Shown: positions 49,301-58,353, counted from the first letter of the stretch. The stretch: 64,000 nt of DNA from an uncultured bacterium (GCA_963827235.1 CAWHAE010000009.1:832001-896000); one strand, 5' to 3'. The notes: generated from the sequence alone by a model not told the origin. A program made the numbers and translations.

Positions 49301-51450
49301 TCAGCGTGGAGAGCTACCTGTCGTTCGACGCCGACTATATGAACATGGTGCGAACAAAGTACAACTCCAACGCCAGCGGGTACGCCGCCCGGCGAACCCG
49401 ACCGTTGAGCGGTCAGAAGGTGGCCTTCGCGCCGCCGAACAAGCCGGGCGACACCACCTTGAACGCCACGGACATGACGTTCGACGTCTACGTGCCGCCG
49501 TCGCCGTCGCGGCAGGCGCTGATCAATGCCGACCAGCCGCGGTTCTATCCGATCATGGCGACATCTACGGTTGGCATACCGGCGGTGGAGGCGCTGCTGC
49601 ACTCGGGTCAGAAGCCGCAGATCAAGCTGAGCAGTCACTACCTGGAGAACAACCTGGGTGGTACCGCGAACGTGGGCGAGGTGTTCGCGGAGATTCTGGA
49701 TTCCAGCCAGGCAAAGGTCGCCTTTGGCGGCAGCAGCTCGGGCGGTACCAGCACGCCGGGTACGGTGACGCCCAACCTGGCGATCACCGCTCTCTCCCGG
49801 GTAACGGGGCCGGTCGGCGGCGATTTCGACAAGATAGCCGACGGCACGGCGGCAGACGGCGCCGCGTCGCAGATCGAGGACTTCCTGAAGAACTTCTTCG
49901 ATAGCGATGCGAAAATCCTGGGAGCCGTACCACTTTCCTCGATCATCAAGCTGCCGTCGCTGAAACCGCTGTTCCAGGTCCTCTCGCTTGTCCAGGCCGT
50001 GGAGAGTGCGCCCGACACGCTGAACCAGCTGATCACTGATGCGGTGGCTAAGCTGCAAGGAAACCTGGCTGCGCTCCAGGCCCAGGCGTTGGCAACTCTG
50101 CAGTCGGATCTGGCACCGTTGCGATCCGCCCTTGCCGACCTGCAGTCTCCGCTAAATGCCTTACACAGTGCACTCAACTCGCTGCCGTCGATTCTCACAG
50201 ACCTCCTGGGCGACGGCATCGGCACGATCATTTCGGACCTGGGCACCCTGATTTCGGACCTGACCTCGGTTATCACGGATCTGGACAAGCTGCTGGGCGA
50301 TCTCGGCTCGGCGAACGTGGGCGCTCTTTCGGGCGACGTCAGCGCGCTGCAGACGCCGATCACCTCGTTCCCAACCGACCTCAAGACGCTGGTGGACGAT
50401 CTGAACAACCTGCAGGGCATCAACCCGCTTCCGTTGCTCAAGCATGGAGAGTTGCCCACGGCTATCGACACCACGCTCACGTGGTCGCCGCATCTGCAGG
50501 ATTTCGCTCCGTTCAAGGCTCTGGACAAGTTCCTGAGCGTGACGGCCACCGTGCACATTCCGCTCGACGGCAGCAGCGACCCGTCGTTCAGCATCGTCGG
50601 CACACTCGGTAAAATAGGCATCGACCTTGCCGACATTATCTACGTCGGCTTCGCCGGGCTGGTCTTCAAAGCGTCCAGCGGCGAGAAGCCCGACGTGACC
50701 GTGCCCGACCCCGGTGTCGAGGTGATGTTCGAGGGCCCGCTCTCCTTCGTCAACGACCTCAAGGATGCGATCCCCTCGGATGGGTTCACCGACCCACCGT
50801 TCCTGAACATCACGGCCGACGGGGTGGAAGCAGGCTTCACCTTCGACCTGCCCAGCATCGGCGTGGGCATATTCAGCCTGGAGAACATCTCGCTGGGCGC
50901 CAAGGTCACCATTCCCTTCATCGGTAGCAGTCCGGCTCAGGTGTACTTCAACTTCTGCACGCGCGAGCATCCCTTCACGCTGACGGTCTCCATGCTCGGC
51001 GGCGGTGGGTTCTTCGGCATCAGCCTGGGGCTTGATGGGCTGGACATGCTGGAGGCATCGCTTGAGTTCGGCGCCGAGCTCTCGCTCGATTTCGGTATTG
51101 CCAGCGGCAGCGTCTCGGTCATGGCCGGCATCTACTTCAAGATGGAGAAGAGTCCGCATGACCAGACCATACTCACCGGATTCGTGCACATACACGGCGA
51201 GGTGGAGGTGCTCGGCGGCATCATCTCCGCCTCGATCGATGTCGAGCTGGATCTGACCTACGAGAAGGATGGCCACGACACCAAGGTAGTTGGTGAGGCC
51301 ACGCTCACCATCTCGGTGCATATCGTCTTCTTCAGCATTACGGTCTCGGCGTCGGTCCAGCGCGAGTTTGCCGGTTCGCATAACGATCCGACCTTCGCCG
51401 ACCAGGTGAGCGAGCAGAACTGGAACGACTACCTCTTGGCGTTTGCGTGA
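46348..51450 (+). CDS. Giant uncharacterised protein A (~1,700 aa): Tat-like signal, beta-rich, amphipathic helical insert
   Basis: GGAGG RBS; TRRKALGLAG signal; uninterrupted 5.1 kb frame with GC3 bias; alternating-hydrophobic beta C-terminus. Confidence 0.85.
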   Translation: MHRAILDLAALRASRTHPAGDSAGLACDDFSLTRRKALGLAGIAAAGISPALRAVEGSIFGTFDLVRSGKGRIAFVYGGEERWVIDTRRFSGSPVLHVEQSADRILLDLHGAFYPGTDFAADLQADIRRGSGGWHIWLKLVAGGFSADGPFVPWLAGLDSLRSRVRLSGAPIQLDPATSLIVTGFAQATYTPDWVTTLRGKGVASLRGLGSPLVSDVLRLALPTAAETGLLRGAAKHTLLLLQRGDRTWMLKPAFQPAARWRLSIPAKAFDSIVIDLGEDSAHGRISALVAEAGEPIAFMPHTGFLDASGGAVALPLSGARYAIAFNAGGNQHALVARFAEQSTWVQVGTGAVQVGSQPGTLPFEIHARGSTVTAVRCTPAVLQVSLPVAGAVAAPTKLSAPVHLAFVTKGLERPGTDHAAQIVLTDHPASSFQRFTLINPQISVVRPADLMAMTFEFINMKIDVSATNKPPQAVPRSAKLKPYLAVHFQGQNIAEQAFFQVEQQGVAVPTRPYPGSSGVTDPDAGSTSKEFPDGAPYSPVGARLAGDSRLVFSLPAGVKSLALTLDDLLDWSKFTPSVPPTALPAGGYTKSKIAAPLSTETSLEIPWRLSISPNVFSGWVHAFRPVTHNGWTELWHTRLGVKVTLPKSAYSPSRTFLVDTHYAYEASDTSVGRTYGVTIDAYVGGQPFDLLQAWRTIRASWSQDYLPNYNYSNALGENVPFRMSLSGRDRMQIVILTSDFSKAVPPAAKVAIPLPLVPRQIVILPKGIETEPAAFIPPSHYNPLPVQVDRLMLSTLGAWVDMRGAWPLAVNLGIPLVEWRHRGTQGRDNYVRVVYKGYLFPFGHSASLVKVTERKFFYQNGRNVAYLFQRMFIVVREPIKLFGNTGILMPLAQPGHQGSIDNAMPFKQVEITTKTTPDLDPPDGKSILPLGPHLTKSQGLDSTQGFLDQDDFWPQVGGTDFQFHLIGQDTAGQRTEFTSPLAFISVESYLSFDADYMNMVRTKYNSNASGYAARRTRPLSGQKVAFAPPNKPGDTTLNATDMTFDVYVPPSPSRQALINADQPRFYPIMATSTVGIPAVEALLHSGQKPQIKLSSHYLENNLGGTANVGEVFAEILDSSQAKVAFGGSSSGGTSTPGTVTPNLAITALSRVTGPVGGDFDKIADGTAADGAASQIEDFLKNFFDSDAKILGAVPLSSIIKLPSLKPLFQVLSLVQAVESAPDTLNQLITDAVAKLQGNLAALQAQALATLQSDLAPLRSALADLQSPLNALHSALNSLPSILTDLLGDGIGTIISDLGTLISDLTSVITDLDKLLGDLGSANVGALSGDVSALQTPITSFPTDLKTLVDDLNNLQGINPLPLLKHGELPTAIDTTLTWSPHLQDFAPFKALDKFLSVTATVHIPLDGSSDPSFSIVGTLGKIGIDLADIIYVGFAGLVFKASSGEKPDVTVPDPGVEVMFEGPLSFVNDLKDAIPSDGFTDPPFLNITADGVEAGFTFDLPSIGVGIFSLENISLGAKVTIPFIGSSPAQVYFNFCTREHPFTLTVSMLGGGGFFGISLGLDGLDMLEASLEFGAELSLDFGIASGSVSVMAGIYFKMEKSPHDQTILTGFVHIHGEVEVLGGIISASIDVELDLTYEKDGHDTKVVGEATLTISVHIVFFSITVSASVQREFAGSHNDPTFADQVSEQNWNDYLLAFA
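50221..50304 (+). repeat. Degenerate 21-bp coding tandem repeat (heptads)
   Basis: ggcacgatcatttcggacctg / ggcaccctgatttcggacctg / acctcggttatcacggatctg / gacaagctgctgggcgatctc. Confidence 0.65.
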
Positions 51451-51463
51451 AAGGAGGCTACGC

Positions 51464-54400
51464 GTGAAGAAGCAAGTGATCACCTGGACTGCCATTCCGC
51501 ACGGTCCGCAGGGGCCGTTGGCGTCGGGCGACAAGCTGGGCGTCAGCGTCTTCGTATCACCGCGCCTCCAGGAAAGCGGCACGCCGACGCTTGGCGACTT
51601 CCCGGACTGGCTCAAGTGGCCGGAGACGGTCGCTCCCATAGGCTTCAAGGTGGCGTTTGCCGGCGGACCTACGTTCGACGCGCACGTGGTAAGCGCACGG
51701 CCGGACATGGACCTGTGGCACGCCCTATTCACGGAGATGACGCCGATCATTCCCTTCGTGTTCGAGGATCGCACGAATCAAATCGTGCGATCCTACCCGG
51801 TTGGCAGGCTGCAGAACGACATCCAACAACGCTATCGGAACGTCATTCAGACCGTGGCAAAGACACCCAGCCAGTTTCCGGGTATTCGGGTTCTCTACGA
51901 GTCGTTCTCACCGCTGATGAACCGGCAGACGAGAGGAGCTACGCTCAGCCAGAACTTCACGGCGCAGCTTCGCGACCGCAAGATCAAGGCGTTCCGGCCG
52001 GACGAGCAGCCAGGCGGTATCGCCGGCGACTATCAGCAGGTCGACGCGTTCCTGCATCGCACCCCGGCAGGTTCCTTCACCTACACAGCAGATCCGGCGA
52101 CACATCCTGCGAGGCCGACGAAGGCCAACCTCGTCGACTCGTTTGACTTCCACAAGATGATCTCGGCACTGGGGGGTTATCCGGAGCTGCTGGTCAAGCT
52201 GGGCTTGGTGATCGAGCTGGAGATCCCGTTCGAAGCGAGCATACCGATGGGCGCGGCTGCGACGACGGTCTCCATCCTACCTTCCAGGTTTGGCGGCGCC
52301 CCGAACGTGCGCCCGAATACCCACTACTCGCTCGACAACAATAGTGGGTTCCGAGCAAGACCACAGCCGGGCTCCTATCTCACCGGCGATCTGCTGCTGG
52401 CGCTCAGCGACGGCAAGACCTTCGAAATCATGCAAACGGATGTCGGCGGCACATCCGTGAAGCTGCTCGGCATGGCGGAGAGCGTCCTCCAGCACGTGGA
52501 AAGGCCGATTGCCGGTCAGCCAATGAATCAGAGCGTGCCGTCGCTGCGCTCGGCAGGCATTTCCTTGATCCACACGGGCCGTGCCTACGATCTTGCGCAG
52601 CGCTTCCAGACGGCTGCCCAACAGAACGCAGCCGCCGAGAGCAATGCCCCGGTCGACCTGTACGCGGACGACCTGGTGCGCGGCTACGCCATCGACATAT
52701 GGCACAAGATGACCGGCAAGTGGCTCTCGATCAGCCGCAGGAACGGCACGTTCACGTTCAAACACGCCCCGGCGTCGAAGAGGGTCCTGCAGACGGAAGG
52801 CGAAGCTTGTGTGACCATGGCGGGCACTGAGGAGACCGGTACGCCCAACTCAGACCTGCACGTGCACGAGCAGATCTTCCGCTGGTCGGGTTGGAGCCTG
52901 GCGGCCCCTCGCCCGGTGACGCCGATCGGTATCGACGGCAACACGAGCACCCCTGAGACGCCGACGGAGCTCTCGGATCCCAACCTTACGCGGTACGGTC
53001 TGACGATCAACTTCAAGGCCCCTCCTCACAGTCTGCCCAAGCTGCGCTTCGGCCACTTTTACAAGGCGCGGGCGCGGATGGTCGACGTCGCCGGCAACAG
53101 TATCGATCCCACCGCGCCGGGCGCACAGCTTCCGGCCGTGCAGACGAATGCTGTCTACTACGCCCGCTGGGAGCCGGTGATTGCGCCGGCGATTGCCCTG
53201 CGCAGCTCCATCACCGGATCGCCGGGCGAGTCGATGGGCCGGCTGGTCATTCGCAGCGACTTCGATCGCAGCGTCGAGGCGTACTACGCGGACCAGTCTT
53301 CGCCGACCTACAACGAGTATGCCGAGCGGCACTTCCTTCCTCCCAAGACCAGCGAGATGATGGCCGAGACGCACGGCATGTTTGATAACCCACCGCCCCC
53401 GCAGGCCGGCGGCAAGTCGTGGTACGAGGTGATCAAGGACACCGACGTCAGTCTGCCGCAAGACACCAAGCAGGTGTTGACCCACACCGGGCCGGTCGTT
53501 GCTCCGGCCAACCCGCTCTCCAGTCCCCCTCCGCAGGTTATTCGGGGAGCGACATACACTCCCACTCCCCTGGATACCGATCATTTCCCTCTGCCGTATC
53601 TGCCGGACCCGCTGGGCGAAGGGGCGAGCTTTCTTGGTCTGCCGGGCATCAAGCCGGGAGCGGCCTTTCTCGCCGCTACATGGGGTGGCCACTGGCCGTA
53701 CTACGGCACGTTCCGGCTGTTGCTGAAAGGCATTGACGAGCATGCCTTGCCTGCGCTGCCGAAGTGGGTGACCAGCCCGCATCCACTGCTGACCGTCGAG
53801 CTGCCCAGGGGCGAGACTGTGACGGTGCAGTACAGCTCCCGACCGTTCGCCGCGGCGCTTGCCCTGCTCGGCATGTGGGACTGGATAGTGCTTTCCGGCC
53901 TGGGCGGCGCCTTGCTGAAGGCCGCTCAGGAAGGGCTCGTCTGGCTCCTCACGCCGTTCCACGAGATGACCCTGGTGCATGCCGTGCAGCACCCCCTGGT
54001 CAAGCCGGGGTTCTCGCAGCGGTTCTTCGCGGCACGCCAGCCCGGCGCTACTTCCGCGCTCTTGGTCGACATGCCCATGCCGATCAGCGGCAACAGCACG
54101 GTCAAGATGGATCTGACGGCTCAGTGGTACGAGCCGGTAGACGACGTGACTCAGACCGGACCCGCCGTACAGAGTCACAACGGGCACATCTCCGAGATTC
54201 CGATCAATTATGGTGACACCACGGTTGCGTTTCCCGCCGCCAATCCGGCTGAGGCGAGTGACAGGAACAAGCTGTTCACGCACGAGTTCAACAATACGAA
54301 GTATCACAGGGTTTCGTACACTGCCGTTGGTACAACCCGATACCGCGAGTACTTCCCGTTTACCAAAGATGAGCTCGCTGCCAAGCCCGATCTCATCACT

Positions 54401-55456
54401 CGGTCGAGCGACACCGGGGCGATTAGCGCGCCAACTCCGGACCACGCGGCCGCGGCGAGCGTCGTCGACGCCACTCACAGGCTGCCGTCGGGTGTGATCG
54501 ACGTGCCGAGCTCGGCGCGGCCGCAGTCGCCGAACCTGCTCTACGTGCTGCCTATCTTCTCGCATTCGGCAGCGGCCGTGCCCTCGGGAATAGGCACGCT
54601 GCGGCTGGGCGGTGGCCTGCGCGTGTACCTCGAGCGACCGTGGTACTCGTCCGGCGAGGGTGAGCTCCTGGGCGTGGTGCTGCCGGCCGTACACCCACCA
54701 TTGAGCTTCGTGCCGCGGCAGCCAGATCCCTCGCACATCACGCAGTGGGGCATCGATCCCATCTGGCGGTCGTTTAATCCGCCCACGCCGACTTCGCCTC
54801 CGTTGAGCGCCTTCGTCCACGCCGTGCGCACCGGCAACAATCTGACCATCGACGAACAAGCAGGCGTCACCGTGGCAGTGGCCGGGCACGAGGTCACCTA
54901 CGACCCCGATCGCCGGCTGTGGTATGCCGACGTGCTGATCAGCGGCGGGTTGGCATACTACCCGTTCATCAGGCTCGTGCTGGCGCGCTACCAGCCGAAC
55001 TCGATCGCCAACGCCTACCTGTCGCGCCTGGTGCTGGCAGACTTTTCGCAGATCGCGCCGGACCGCCTGGCGACGGTGATCTTCGACGGCAAGGTACCAC
55101 AGCGCATGACCGTCACCGTGGTGGGGCAGGCACCGCTGCGCACGACCAACATCATCGAAGTGAGCATGGAGCAGCAGATCAGCAGATATCCGGAGGCCGA
55201 CGCGGACGTCGGCTGGGTGCCGGTGCAGCAGGATCCCGTGGTGCTACACGGCGCGACGGTAAAGAACGAGACAGTGTGGACCGGTGCATATTCCCTGCCC
55301 AAGCTCTCGACACCGCTGCCGCCGCTTCGGCTGGTGCTGCGTGAGTACGAGCTGTATCCGGGATCGGGCGCGGCGGAGCTTGCCGCCACCCTTGTTCAGG
55401 GCACGGCCATGCGGCTGGTGTATGCGGAGACCCTGGACGTGCTGCTGCCGATCTGA
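51464..55456 (+). CDS. Giant uncharacterised protein B (~1,330 aa), Pro/Trp/beta-rich, no signal peptide
   Basis: AAGGAGG RBS right after the A stop; 4 kb frame; Ig/FN3-like motif YKARARMVDVAGN. Confidence 0.85.
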   Translation: MKKQVITWTAIPHGPQGPLASGDKLGVSVFVSPRLQESGTPTLGDFPDWLKWPETVAPIGFKVAFAGGPTFDAHVVSARPDMDLWHALFTEMTPIIPFVFEDRTNQIVRSYPVGRLQNDIQQRYRNVIQTVAKTPSQFPGIRVLYESFSPLMNRQTRGATLSQNFTAQLRDRKIKAFRPDEQPGGIAGDYQQVDAFLHRTPAGSFTYTADPATHPARPTKANLVDSFDFHKMISALGGYPELLVKLGLVIELEIPFEASIPMGAAATTVSILPSRFGGAPNVRPNTHYSLDNNSGFRARPQPGSYLTGDLLLALSDGKTFEIMQTDVGGTSVKLLGMAESVLQHVERPIAGQPMNQSVPSLRSAGISLIHTGRAYDLAQRFQTAAQQNAAAESNAPVDLYADDLVRGYAIDIWHKMTGKWLSISRRNGTFTFKHAPASKRVLQTEGEACVTMAGTEETGTPNSDLHVHEQIFRWSGWSLAAPRPVTPIGIDGNTSTPETPTELSDPNLTRYGLTINFKAPPHSLPKLRFGHFYKARARMVDVAGNSIDPTAPGAQLPAVQTNAVYYARWEPVIAPAIALRSSITGSPGESMGRLVIRSDFDRSVEAYYADQSSPTYNEYAERHFLPPKTSEMMAETHGMFDNPPPPQAGGKSWYEVIKDTDVSLPQDTKQVLTHTGPVVAPANPLSSPPPQVIRGATYTPTPLDTDHFPLPYLPDPLGEGASFLGLPGIKPGAAFLAATWGGHWPYYGTFRLLLKGIDEHALPALPKWVTSPHPLLTVELPRGETVTVQYSSRPFAAALALLGMWDWIVLSGLGGALLKAAQEGLVWLLTPFHEMTLVHAVQHPLVKPGFSQRFFAARQPGATSALLVDMPMPISGNSTVKMDLTAQWYEPVDDVTQTGPAVQSHNGHISEIPINYGDTTVAFPAANPAEASDRNKLFTHEFNNTKYHRVSYTAVGTTRYREYFPFTKDELAAKPDLITRSSDTGAISAPTPDHAAAASVVDATHRLPSGVIDVPSSARPQSPNLLYVLPIFSHSAAAVPSGIGTLRLGGGLRVYLERPWYSSGEGELLGVVLPAVHPPLSFVPRQPDPSHITQWGIDPIWRSFNPPTPTSPPLSAFVHAVRTGNNLTIDEQAGVTVAVAGHEVTYDPDRRLWYADVLISGGLAYYPFIRLVLARYQPNSIANAYLSRLVLADFSQIAPDRLATVIFDGKVPQRMTVTVVGQAPLRTTNIIEVSMEQQISRYPEADADVGWVPVQQDPVVLHGATVKNETVWTGAYSLPKLSTPLPPLRLVLREYELYPGSGAAELAATLVQGTAMRLVYAETLDVLLPI

Positions 55457-55502
55457 GCCGTCAGGTTGCTTGTCGCGGCGCCAGGGGCGCAGTCACTCGA
55501 GA

Positions 55503-55556
55503 CGAGGGCCGTCCGCCGGGATCCGGGCACGAAGATCCCCGGTGCGACGGCCCTCG
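55503..55556. terminator. Long hairpin between convergent genes
   Basis: cgagggccgtc...gacggccctcg arms with an extended inner stem. Confidence 0.55.
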
Positions 55557-55800
55557 CATCACCGTCAAGGTGGATCACTGCTTCCAGTTCAAGCCGTGCT
55601 ATCTGGGCGCACGCTGGCCCCCTACTGCCCGCCGAACAGCCCTTGAGAGGCGACGTCCCAGCAGTGCAGCCCCAAGGCCCTTACGTGCTCCTTGCAAAGC
55701 CGGGGTGCTGGAAACACCTGGACGCTGCTCAGCATGCCGATACTGGGTACTGCCTCGTGCCGGCACTCGCTCGCGGCCGAGCCGCCTGGCCCTGCCCGCG

Positions 55801-56163
55801 CTACAGCCGTTCCGGCTCGGCGACGGTGCGGTCGCCAACCACGTTGCCCGTATTCAGGGTGGTCTTCGGCTCGAGCAGCACGACGTGTGCCTCGTCGGCG
55901 GCAACCGGCATGTGCTCGACGCCGCGCGGGATGACGACCAGCTCGCCCGGCCCCAGCTGCACATCGCCGTCGCGTAGCTTGATGGTCAGATGGCCTGAGA
56001 CGACCAGGAAGAGCTCGTCTTCCGTCTCGTGGTGGTGCCAGATGAAACTGTCCTTCACCTTGACCACCTTGACGTAGGCGTCGTTGAGCTCGCCCACGAT
56101 TTTGGGCTGCCAGTACGCCTCGAAGCGGGTGAATGCGGCGGCCAGATTGACCTTCTCGACCAT
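55801..56163 (-). CDS. Cupin domain protein
   Basis: YWQPKIVGELN, FIWHHHETEDELF, IPRGVEHMP. Confidence 0.92.
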   Translation of the reverse strand: MVEKVNLAAAFTRFEAYWQPKIVGELNDAYVKVVKVKDSFIWHHHETEDELFLVVSGHLTIKLRDGDVQLGPGELVVIPRGVEHMPVAADEAHVVLLEPKTTLNTGNVVGDRTVAEPERL

Positions 56164-56353
56164 GGGAACCTCCAGCCTTCGGTGTGGCCTCTTTGCCTCT
56201 TGATCCAATTATCGTTGCCCGGCGTACAACCTGTAGCTGCCCGCACAGGGCAGGGTGGAGACCGGCCTGCAGGGCTGCTCGAACGGCGAACCATGGCGCC
56301 GCGGCAAGGCGAGTCTGCTGCACGGCCGACAGCCAGAGGAAGGCAGAGAGACA

Positions 56354-56623
56354 ATGACCGGTTTGTCACGCAAGAGCTTCATCGAACAGGCTACCGTGGG
56401 CGCTGCGGCCGCGGCCGCGTTCGTGGCCATGCCGGGCTACGCGCTGGCGCGCGAGAATAGCGCGGCCACCACCACCCGCACTGGAGCGACCGTGCATGGC
56501 GGGCCTGTCCTGGCCCACGTGCGCAACGTGCAGACGGGGGAGATCGCCGTCATGTTCGGCACGCGCGAAGTGATCATCCACGACCGCGAGGTTGCCAGCC
56601 GCCTGCTCCGAGCCACGCAGTAG
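56354..56623 (+). CDS. Small Tat-signal protein upstream of DUF4331
   Basis: LSRKSFIE..GAAAAAA signal; PVLAHVRNVQTGEIAVMFGTREV. Confidence 0.75.
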   Translation: MTGLSRKSFIEQATVGAAAAAAFVAMPGYALARENSAATTTRTGATVHGGPVLAHVRNVQTGEIAVMFGTREVIIHDREVASRLLRATQ

Positions 56624-56745
56624 CGTACCCAGCGACACCGCCCCCTTACCGCCGCACACCGCGCGGCGCCTGCCGCTGTCGCCGGATCGGCGCCGCGGCC
56701 TGATACCTCTCCGACCAATGCTTCCCAGAGGAAGGAACCAGACAC

Positions 56746-58092
56746 ATGTCATCTCATCGCGAGGCACCGGGTATCCTGAACGATCCGGCAGCCGACAGCA
56801 CCGACCTGTACGCGTTCGTGAGCCCCGATCAGCCGGACACCGTGACGATTGTCTGCAACTACGTGCCGCTCGAGGCTCCAGACGGTGGTCCTAATTTCTT
56901 CCAGTTCGGCGATGACGTTCTCTACGAGATTCGCATCGACAACACCGGCGACGGCGTTGCCGAGGTGGTCTACCAGTTCACATTCCACACCGAAGTGCGG
57001 AACCCGGACACGTTTCTCTACAACACGGGACCGATCGCCGCGCTCGACAGCCCGAACTGGAATCGGCGCCAGTTCATGAAGGTGACCAAGGTCGTGAAGG
57101 GCCAGTCGACCGTTCTGGGCACCGAGCTTGCCTGTCCGCCGTGCAATATCGGCCCGCGATCGACGCCCAACTACGCGGCACTGGCCCAGGCAGCCATACA
57201 CACGCTTCCCGGAGGCGTGAAGGTGTTTGCGGGCCAGCGCCGCGAGGGCTTCTACATCGACCTGGGCGCGATCTTCGACCTCGGGGACCTGAGGCCCTTC
57301 CAGAATCTTCATCTGATCCCCTCGCCGGCCAGCCTCGGCGTGGATGCAACCAAGACCGTGAACGTGCATTCCATTGCCATACAGGTGCCTATTGCCAGCC
57401 TCACGCGTGACGGCTCGAAGCCGACCAGCGTAGCGGATTCCCGCGCCGTTATCGGCGTATGGTGCGATGCCAGGCGGCAGAAGGCTGCGGTACAGGGCGA
57501 AGCGGTGGGACCGTGGGGCCAGGTTTCTCGTCTCGGCAATCCGCTGATCAACGAGGTGATCATCCCGATGGGCCGGAAAGACGAGTGGAACGTCAAGGAT
57601 CCGGCGCAGGACTCGCTGTTCCTCCAGTACGTGCAGCATCCCGAGCTGGCGGGACTGCTTCCCGTGCTGTATCCCAAAGTCTTTCCCAACCTTGCCGCTT
57701 ACACCAAGCCGCGCGCCGATCTGGCCGCCATCTTGATGACCGGCATCCCCACCGGCGTCGTTCCGGGCTTCCAGAACTTCACGGGTACCACGCCGGCCGA
57801 TATGCTGCGCCTGAACGTTGCCGTCCCGCCGGCGTCGACGCCCAACGCGCTCGGCGTGGTCGGCGGCGACCTGGCCGGCTACCCGAACGGCCGGCGCGTC
57901 ACGGACGACGTGTTCACGATCGAGCTTCGCGCGGTGGCCGGCGTCACGATTCCGCTCGTGGACAAGACCTTCACCCCGGACGCCGCGGCGTCCAAGGTGT
58001 CGGACAACCTCACGCCGTCCGGCGATCGCTTCATCAGCAGCTTCCCCTATCTCGGCACGCCGCTCGACGGCTACAACACGCCCAGCTCCTGA
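56746..58092 (+). CDS. DUF4331 domain protein
   Basis: MSSHREAP, DSTDLYAF, QVSRLGNPLINEV, DMLRLN, GYPNGRR..DD, FPYL. Confidence 0.93.
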   Translation: MSSHREAPGILNDPAADSTDLYAFVSPDQPDTVTIVCNYVPLEAPDGGPNFFQFGDDVLYEIRIDNTGDGVAEVVYQFTFHTEVRNPDTFLYNTGPIAALDSPNWNRRQFMKVTKVVKGQSTVLGTELACPPCNIGPRSTPNYAALAQAAIHTLPGGVKVFAGQRREGFYIDLGAIFDLGDLRPFQNLHLIPSPASLGVDATKTVNVHSIAIQVPIASLTRDGSKPTSVADSRAVIGVWCDARRQKAAVQGEAVGPWGQVSRLGNPLINEVIIPMGRKDEWNVKDPAQDSLFLQYVQHPELAGLLPVLYPKVFPNLAAYTKPRADLAAILMTGIPTGVVPGFQNFTGTTPADMLRLNVAVPPASTPNALGVVGGDLAGYPNGRRVTDDVFTIELRAVAGVTIPLVDKTFTPDAAASKVSDNLTPSGDRFISSFPYLGTPLDGYNTPSS

Positions 58093-58107
58093 TCTGGACA
58101 CTGGTCC

Positions 58108-58147
58108 CAGGCCGCGGTCGCCGTTTCTCTCGTGCGGCCGCGGCCTG
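58108..58147. terminator. GC-rich hairpin after DUF4331
   Basis: caggccgcggtcgc...gcggccgcggcctg. Confidence 0.5.
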
Positions 58148-58353
58148 ACGATGCGTGCGGCCGGGGCTCATTTGCCGGCGTGGGGGATATTCTGGGCCGG
58201 CAGACCGGCGCGTTGCGAGAATCCTCAAAACGCCCGGCGGCCGGGCCACAGCTGAGCAGGGACCCGGCGGCATCAGTCCGCCGGGTTTCCGTGTCGACAA
58301 AGATCAGGCAACCGGCCTCGGATCTCGATCTCCGGCAGAGCAAGGCGGCTTGC

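Noticed and set aside
50161-54889. Long antisense ORFs (50161-51774, 52850-54889) opposite the giant genes
   Set aside because: Shadow ORFs expected at high GC; Arg/Gly-rich, with no motifs or RBS
46348-55456. Assigning the giant pair to RHS/Tc toxin, phage tail, eCIS or NRPS/PKS
   Set aside because: No YD/RHS repeats, sheath, baseplate or VgrG neighbours, and no adenylation or KS motifs seen
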